The notes under the pieces: model-generated
The model's database searches: none
The model's input: only the letters and a program-made list of their open reading frames with translations
What the model was told of the DNA's origin: nothing
Position numbers and translations under genes: made by a program
From: Eledone cirrhosa
Lineage: Eukaryota
Reading direction: 5' to 3'
Length of the DNA: 64,000 nt
Assembly: GCA_964016885.1 (NCBI GenBank)
Contig: OZ024743.1
Span: 323,578,001 to 323,642,000 of the forward strand
Shown: one piece after another, positions 55,191 through 64,000 of the stretch
Position numbering within the stretch: the first letter of the stretch is position 1
Layout of the letters: each line of letters opens with the position of its first letter

Positions 55191-55669
55191 CCTCACACCG
55201 TACGTGTATACATACACAAAGGTTTTAGTATAAGGGATGGTTAACCGACAGTAACTATCTTTACACGACTGTTAATCCTGCCAATGTTTAACATTACCTA
55301 TAACAATGTTTAGTAAGTCATTAACGAACAAGACATGCAGTTATGTAGGAAAGGTCTAATTATTACCACAATATCAATTAAACAACCGAGAGGGGAGGTG
55401 TTATTACTTCAGTTTGTTTGAAAATCTCCTTTCTCAATTCTGCTTAATATTAGCTTTTGGAATGTTATTCCCTCCCCCTCTCTCTGTTTCTCATTCTCTC
55501 ATCACCCTCTCTTTCTTTCTTTCTTTCTTTCTTTGTCTCTGTTTCTCTCTCCCTATATATATTTATATTTATATATTTATGTGTGTGTGTGTGTGTATAT
55601 ATATATATGTGTGTGTGTGAGTGTGTGTACGTATGTATATACATACACATATACACACACATACATACA

Positions 55670-55767
<98 letters not shown>

Positions 55768-56342
55768 TACATGCATACATACATACATACATACACACAT
55801 ATATGCATGTTGTATGTATGTGTGTACGTATGTAACTCCCTTCTCCGCATCAGTTCCGGAGTGTCTTACTAAACTAGCCAATCAGCGTTCGGGTTTAGAA
55901 TTTGCTGTTCTTCTAACTTTATTTAGTATAACTTACTGTTGAAGGAGGCTAGAAAGACCGCCTTTGTAAATATTCCCAGTTTGAAATGTTACGTGGTGTT
56001 ATGCTCTTTTCAGAACTGATGTGAAGATACGGTAAACGGATTTCCGTATGTGTGCACGTTTGTGTGTATATGTATTTGTACATGTGTGTTTGTGTGTATG
56101 TATACGTACGTGCTTGTGCGTGTGTAAGTGAGAAAGAGGAAGATTCTCAGGTAGTAAACTCTCGATATAAGGTCTTTGATCTTGACATTCTAATGGCTCT
56201 GTTTGGTGGTGTTTTGTTGACTTGTAAAGTGAATTGACATCAAATCAGCAACTAAACTAGAACGATGGAAGAATTTTCTGTTTGTTGTATTCTTATTAAT
56301 GACATACATACAAAAATATATCATACATTCATACAGAAAGTG

Positions 56343-56417
<75 letters not shown>

Positions 56418-56745
56418 CACATGAATGTATGTGTGCGTACACACACAAATATATATAATATGGACGAGGTTTAAAATGTTCATTACATTTATTGAGGTGT
56501 GACGCACGTTCCGCGATTGATCAGCTCAAGGTTCGATCTGTGTCAATCGGGTCCGACTCTAGAACCAAAGGCTCACCAGACTTCTGTTATATATAGTGTA
56601 ATGAATTTCGTAAAAAGATTTATATCCAAAGTTGGCAGAGCACTCAGTCCGAGGAATGAGTTGTAATATACAAAATCTGGTTTAATCACAATGTTATCAT
56701 TAGATGAAAATGTGAATTTAACCAAATTTTGTTTTTTGTTGAATC

Positions 56746-56838
56746 ACCAAGTCTGACGAGTAGATCGATGATGGAGTCAGGTCCATAACTTCCATAGGTA
56801 ACCTTGAGCTAATCATCTGTGAAACGCATGTAACAGGT
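56746..56838 (+). ncRNA. Type I hammerhead candidate
   Basis: acc aa gt CTGACGA gtagat...atctgt GAAAC gcat GTA ac a ggt. Confidence 0.5.
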
Positions 56839-57031
56839 CGATAATCAATAAAAGCATAATAACGAAACTTCATCGTTTTTTTTCTTATATACACTCCGCC
56901 TGTGCATCGAAGGCTTTTATTGGTACCACCACCAGTAATTCACTGATTCACTGATTCACCTGTAACCCCCCCCCCCTACACACACACATACATAGATACA
57001 TAGATACATACATGCATACATACATGCATAC

Positions 57032-57064
<33 letters not shown>

Positions 57065-57134
57065 TGTATGTATGTATGTATATATATATATATATGTATG
57101 TATGTATATGTATATATGTATGTATATATGTATG

Positions 57135-57165
<31 letters not shown>

Positions 57166-57224
57166 ATATATATGTATGTATATATGTATGTAGATATATG
57201 CATGTCATATATATTATGGTCAGG

Positions 57225-57824
57225 CCACCAGTTGGTGCTACTGGTAACATGTATCCCAGTACAACCTGTCCCATGGTCGGGTTGTTGGCGACTAAACTGG
57301 CAACGCCACCAAGGTTTCTTGGTGAAGAGGGTGACTTTGGACATCCTGCAGGACTAAAAACAAAACCTGTCAAAGGGCAAAGGAGCTCTTAAGAGTCAAT
57401 GGTCATCCAAAATCACCGGGAGAGATGACCCCTTAGCCTTTGTCAAGGCAGAATTCTAGGAGAAGGAAAACTCTGATATAACACCTGCAACTCTGATGGT
57501 ATCCAATGATGTTGACTTGTTCTTTGTTTTGGTAAATATCATCTTGGTTAAGAGAGTGGGACTGGCTTTGTGCAGTGCCTTTGCTCACTATAAAAGCTTC
57601 ACGGCACAGGCATTGCTTTATATCTGGAGATCTCTCTGCACTTGTCGTCACATGGTACCATGGGCCCAGCACTATGTGTCAATAATTGTCACAAGTGTAG
57701 TGTTTGTACCAGAGTTTTCAAGTCGCTGGCTGGACTAAAAAGTCACACTCGTTCAGCGCATCGGTAGGGGTTCTCCTACATGGATATAAAGTAGTGGCCG
57801 TACTCGAAAACGAGTTGGCAGCGA

Positions 57825-57827
<3 letters not shown>
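57225..57827 (+). mobile_element. Family C retroposon, longest copy
   Basis: Near-identical to 7800-8399. Confidence 0.8.
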
Positions 57828-58550
<723 letters not shown>

Positions 58551-58614
58551 GTGAGAAAATGTATATATATATATGTATATGTGAGAAAAACCACAGACCC
58601 TCCATCTCAACTCA

Positions 58615-58652
58615 CCTTTTGAAAAGCAGAAGAACTGCGAAACCGGTAAAGG
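58615..58652 (+). ncRNA. Minimal hammerhead with U3-A8 covariant core (family A, 58580-58728)
   Basis: cctt TTGAAAA gcag aagaa ctgc GAAAC CG GTA aagg. Confidence 0.7.
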
Positions 58653-58808
58653 AACCAAATAAATATATATATTTAAAAAAAAAATAAGACTTCAGTTGCA
58701 TTTTCGATTTCATCCCTTTTTCTTTATATATGTATATATATATATATGTATATATATATATGTATATATATATATATGTATATATATATATGTATATATA
58801 TATATATG

Positions 58809-58853
<45 letters not shown>

Positions 58854-58868
58854 GTATATATATATATG

Positions 58869-58915
<47 letters not shown>

Positions 58916-58926
58916 GTATGTATATA

Positions 58927-58981
<55 letters not shown>

Positions 58982-59050
58982 TATGAAGAGAGAAGAAACA
59001 TTTAGATATAATTAGTAATAAAATGTATCATACCTAAACTGCTCCTAAAT

Positions 59051-59140
59051 TCCTCGACTACGTAGTTTCGTGGCATAAACAAAAACAATATATCATAAAG
59101 ATATAGAGTCCCTGCGAGGTCTGCCGACTTATCAAGAGGA
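59051..59140 (-). ncRNA. Hammerhead with U3-A8 covariant core (unrelated family)
   Basis: tcctc TTGATAA gt c ggca...tgcc ac GAAAC tacgta GTC gagga. Confidence 0.72.
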
Positions 59141-59402
59141 TACCTCATTTTACTAGTCTCAAGAACGCGTCTACACGACGTGAGAAAGAATCCCAAAAGG
59201 CGGAGGGGGAGATAGTCACGCGATATAACGGTCGAGAAACAGAGCTAAGCCTCTTATAACCACGAAGAAAATACCACGGAGGCGGAGGGGGGTATTCATA
59301 TCGAGGCCGCAGAAGAGGTGGTGAAGAAGGCTAGAAGTATGAGTAATGGAAGCTTTCCAGTTGTCCCCACACTTCAAAGATTGCTCGACCAGAGGGAGTT
59401 AT

Positions 59403-59618
59403 TAACAATATATTTAGAAACACACAGATACATGCGGACACACACATATATACATGAATGCATCCGCACCCAACTGTGAGTTAAGGGTGCCAACTTCACC
59501 GATGTTGCTCAATGAGCAACATCGGTGAAGTTGGCACCCTTAACTCACAGTTGGGTGCGGATGCATTCATGTATATATGTGTGTGTCCGCATGTATCTGT
59601 GTGTTTCTAAATATATTG

Positions 59619-59621
<3 letters not shown>
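59403..59621. repeat. Perfect palindrome, 109-bp arms, 1-nt spacer
   Basis: 59403-59511 is the exact reverse complement of 59513-59621. Confidence 0.95.
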
Positions 59622-59665
<44 letters not shown>

Positions 59666-59670
<5 letters not shown>

Positions 59671-59798
59671 TAAAATAACAGATTAAAGTTTAAGCAAAGA
59701 ATCGCTGCTTTCACCCTTAACGGGATCTTCTGAAACTTTGATATACATTTATCCTTATCGAGCCCTCTTTGGATTTTAGTCTTCAAATTTATTATTAT

Positions 59799-59800
<2 letters not shown>
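59666..59800. mobile_element. Family B mini-insertion with internal inversion
   Basis: 59666-59737 is minus-strand pLTR including the HHR fold; 59748-59800 is the plus-strand pLTR end. Confidence 0.75.
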
Positions 59801-59866
<66 letters not shown>

Positions 59867-59870
59867 ATAT

Positions 59871-60183
59871 ATTAGAAAGTGAGGTGTTTTTTTTTACAGA
59901 ATGAAAAATAACCGAGGTGTCCTACACGAGTGAAAGTATAAAGAAAAAAAGATGAAATCGAAAATGCAACTGGAGTCTTATTATAAAAAATATATATATA
60001 TTTATTTGGTTCCTTTACCGGTTTCGCAGTTGTTCACATCATGTGAGAAAAACCACAGACCCTCCATCGCAACTCTACTTTTGAAAAGCAGAAGAACTGC
60101 GAAACCGGTAAAGGAACCAAATAAATATATATATTTTAAAAAAAATAAGACTCCAGTTGTATTTTCGATTTCATCTTTTTTCT

Positions 60184-60187
<4 letters not shown>
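59871..60187. mobile_element. Family A inverted dimer (59871-60031 -, 60041-60187 +) with HHR at 60077-60114
   Basis: Arms are reverse complements; the minus arm breaks inside the HHR stem II loop. Confidence 0.8.
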
Positions 60188-60214
<27 letters not shown>

Positions 60215-60827
60215 GTGGAACAGCAACATCACAACTTACAATTAAGGACAAAATGAAAACACACACGCACATAGAACAAACAACCAACCAGTAACATGTA
60301 AATAAACAAATAAATAAACGAATATAAACACACACAGACACCCGGATGTAACACATGCGCAAACTAAGCACACAACACACACACACAAACAAGATGGCGC
60401 AGGACAGAACAAAGGAGAGGCACAAAAAACAAAGAAAAGAATCCCCAGTCACTAAAGAGGTCACAGAATGTGTGACGAAAGAACTTTGACAATATATAAA
60501 CAACCATCTGGTTGTGGAACCAACCAACCGGAAATTTATAAATTCCTAAATTTATAAATTTATTATAATAAATTGAAGTGAAAGCAACAGGTGCGTGTGT
60601 TTCTTATTGGCAACATGACCCTCCCAAAGTATAACAATATATATATATATATATATGTATATGTATATATATATGTGTATAAGTATATATATATGTATAT
60701 ATATATGTATATATATATATGTATATATATGTGTATATGTATATATATATGTATATATATATGTATATATATATATGTATATATATGTATATATATATGT
60801 ATATCTATATATATGTATATATATATG

Positions 60828-60896
<69 letters not shown>

Positions 60897-61376
60897 TTAT
60901 AAAATGTGGAGAAGGAGAACACGAGTTGGAATATATATATATATGTAAATAGGGAGAAAAAGACGATTATTAGGCAGTAAAATATTTTTTTGCCCTTTAT
61001 TTTTCTCTCTTTTTTTCTGGGTTAGAAAATGTTTAAAACAAAATATTTTACTTTGTGTGAAGTGTTAAGGTATTAGTTAATTTATTTATTAACTAACAAT
61101 GGCATTTATTTATTTATTTATTTATATATTTAATAATTGTCTATTACCGGTTTCAGCATTTTATGCATTATCAAAGGGGGAAATTTGAATTGGTATAAAA
61201 TGTAGGAGAGAAGATAAGGTGATGTTGAACATGTTAAGGAAATGGGAAAGAAAGAATAATATTATTCACAAACAAGGTTTTTGAAGTAAAAAGAGAAAAG
61301 AAAAAAAGGGGGTGATGTGGAACATGATAAGGTAATCGTCATTTTCTCCCTATTTACATATATATATATACATATA

Positions 61377-61475
<99 letters not shown>

Positions 61476-62192
61476 ATATATACAGAGGGGGTTTATGAAC
61501 TTTGACAATACAATTGGACGAGATGTTTAATTGATAAGAGTACTCAAAGATTCAATAGGTAACAGCAAGAATATATTACATAAAGAAAAGAAAACTTGGA
61601 ATATTTAATACAAGGTACCTCGAGGAACATCTAGACCAGCGGTTCTCTTTTCTTTTTTCCCCGTTCTACCATGATAAAATATATATGTCCAAGGTTTAAA
61701 ATACCTAATCGGTAGTTACGGGTACATACATACATACATGATGATGATGGTTGCAGCTCGATTTCGAGTAATGCCATCGATTGATACTTAAACATGAGCA
61801 TCATGGACGTGGCTTTTTAGTTATGTAATGGGACTTGCCGTTGGATCATTTATGAATTATCAACTACATTGAGCTAATTCTGAAGCTACTTGGCAATTAT
61901 ATACTATCATATATAATTCTCTACATACATTTAAGCTTTGTATATATATAGTTTTACCGTTGCTATGTATATATGTATATATTATGGTGAGATTGTCTTA
62001 TTATTGCTGGTTGTAAAATGCCTTAAATTAAAACTCTTACACAGTTATAGGAATATAACGTCTTAATTAAACAGTGGGAAGATGTTGTTTAGCCACAAGT
62101 TAAACCTGGCTCAAAAAATCGATGTTCAAAAGTGCCACAATTATGACCATAACTCCTTTGAGGGGCATACAGGACTACATTATTTAATATGA

Positions 62193-62582
62193 GGGCGGTG
62201 GATTGGCAGTATCGGTAGAGGTTTGGAGGCCATGCTTTCTAACATAGTTACGTCCCTTTACGGTATGAGTTCAAATCCCGTCGAGGTTAGCTTTGCCTTT
62301 CATCCTTACGGGGTCGATAAAATAAAGTACCAGTAATGTACTGAGTATTTGCTGGCCTTGTGCCAAAAGTAGAAACAATTATTTAATATGATAAGGGCGG
62401 TGGATTGGCAGTATCGGTTGAGAGTCGGACGCCATGCTTTGCAGCATAGAGTTACGTCCCCTTTCCGTCTGAATTCAAATCCGACCGAGGTTAACTTTAC
62501 CTTTCATCCTTATGAGGTCGATAAAATAAAGTACCATTAATGCACTGGGATAATTGCTGGCCTTGTGCCAAAAGTAGAAACA
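62193..62582 (+). mobile_element. Two head-to-tail SINEs (62193-62377, ~62392-62582) with a triplicated 14-bp TSD
   Basis: attatttaatatga at 62179-62192, 62378-62391 and 62583-62596. Confidence 0.92.
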
Positions 62583-62966
62583 ATTATTTAATATGACCTG
62601 TTTTTATAAAAGTGTGCTTTTGAGGAAGATTTCGCAGCTATTTCTAGCATATCGAAGAATTACATAGAGGCCCCTTTCAATAGTAGGTGTCCTCACTGGA
62701 AGTAGTTTAGTGCGGTGTCAATATAGGTCGAACAGACTTATGATCAAATCCAATCTTATTAATATATGTTGAGAAACAAGGACCTCATTGACCAGACGTG
62801 TTTTTACAGTGATTTGATAAAGATTTGGCTGGTATTTTTAGCAGATTGAATAACCACATAGAGGTTCACCGAGTAATCTGGTTCAAACTGATTAATCATC
62901 AGCCACTGGAACAGTTGTCATTCCGCATGGGGTCGTGCAAGATTTCACAAGTCCATCTACTTAATG

Positions 62967-63004
<38 letters not shown>

Positions 63005-63198
63005 CACACACGGAGAGAGAGAGAGAGAGAGAGATGTATTTATGTATTTGTGTATATATTATGTCTGTACGTTAGCTATGGTGCATTTAACTATTAAATC
63101 GGTGTACACTTTCTCGCTTAGATGACCTAAGATTACACTGCCATGGTTCATATGCGTCTGTCTCCTATATTGCTCTTGGCATTTAATTGTCTCAAATC

Positions 63199-63319
<121 letters not shown>

Positions 63320-63642
63320 CGGAGAGAGTAAAGCACAGAATATATATGTGACTATCTTTCTCTTCTTCGCTCACATATTCCTGAGAGGATCGAGGGAAAA
63401 GAATCCTGAAACACCCCTTCCAGCGAGTCCTGTCAGAAATAACCACTACTTTAGCAGGCAGCTATTATTTCCAGATGCTTTGTCTGTTCCTGGTCGATTT
63501 ATATTTCAATCACTAGAGATGTTAACAACTAATGTGTGTTGTGCAGCTAAATGAGTAGCTGTTTCTAGTTTAGAAGTCACTGAAATATCTAGATCACTTC
63601 TTCTCAAGATAAGGAACGTTGGATTACAGAATCGAGCGTGCA

Positions 63643-63675
<33 letters not shown>

Positions 63676-63747
63676 ATGTATGTATGTATGTATGTATGTA
63701 TGTATGTATGTATGTATGTATGTATGTATGTATGTATGTATGTATTG

Positions 63748-63925
63748 CCAGCGCTACTGGTAACATGTAACCCAGTACAACCTGAGCATGGTCGGGTCAC
63801 CGACGACTAAACCGGCAACCTCACCAAGCTTGCTTGGTGCGGAGGGTGATTTTGGACACCCTGTGGGATGTAAAACAAAATCCGTGAAAGAGCGCAGGAA
63901 CTCAGGAGAGTCAACGGCCATCCAA
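63748..63925 (+). mobile_element. RTE 5'-UTR-like head related to family C
   Basis: gctactggtaacatgtaacccagtacaacctg...gactaaaccggcaac. Confidence 0.6.
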
Positions 63926-64000
63926 TAAAGTTTTTTTTTTTATGTGGAGCAAGAGACTCCTTCCTAGTCTTCATGAAGACATCTCTCTATGAGAAGGTCA

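Noticed and set aside
57225-57300. HDV-like ribozyme in the family C head
   Set aside because: P1, P3 and P1.1 could not be assigned; kept only as a structured-head observation.

Overview
Repeat-dominated, AT-rich eukaryotic animal DNA. The (TA)n/(CA)n density and SINE repertoire suggest an octopod cephalopod; this is inference, not a database match. Almost all ORF-track entries are microsatellite artefacts. The only convincing host-gene sequence is one plus-strand coding exon (43969-44256), so most of the window is probably intron or intergenic DNA. The transposon content includes Penelope-like elements (PLEs; RT plus GIY-YIG), CR1, RTE and R4/Dong LINE fragments, many tRNA-derived SINEs with target-site duplications (TSDs), and a rearranged mariner. 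The main signal is a dense set of short, mostly unrelated cassettes, almost all embedded in (TA)n tracts, that carry type I hammerhead ribozyme (HHR) folds: about 13 sequence families and more than 20 copies. They include non-canonical cores (U3-A8 covariant TTGANAA, CCGANGA, CAGAAGA), a 466-bp tandem HHR monomer resembling a retrozyme, and fold-back inversions centred on HHR stem II. All HHR calls were made by eye from base-pairing; catalytic activity is untested.
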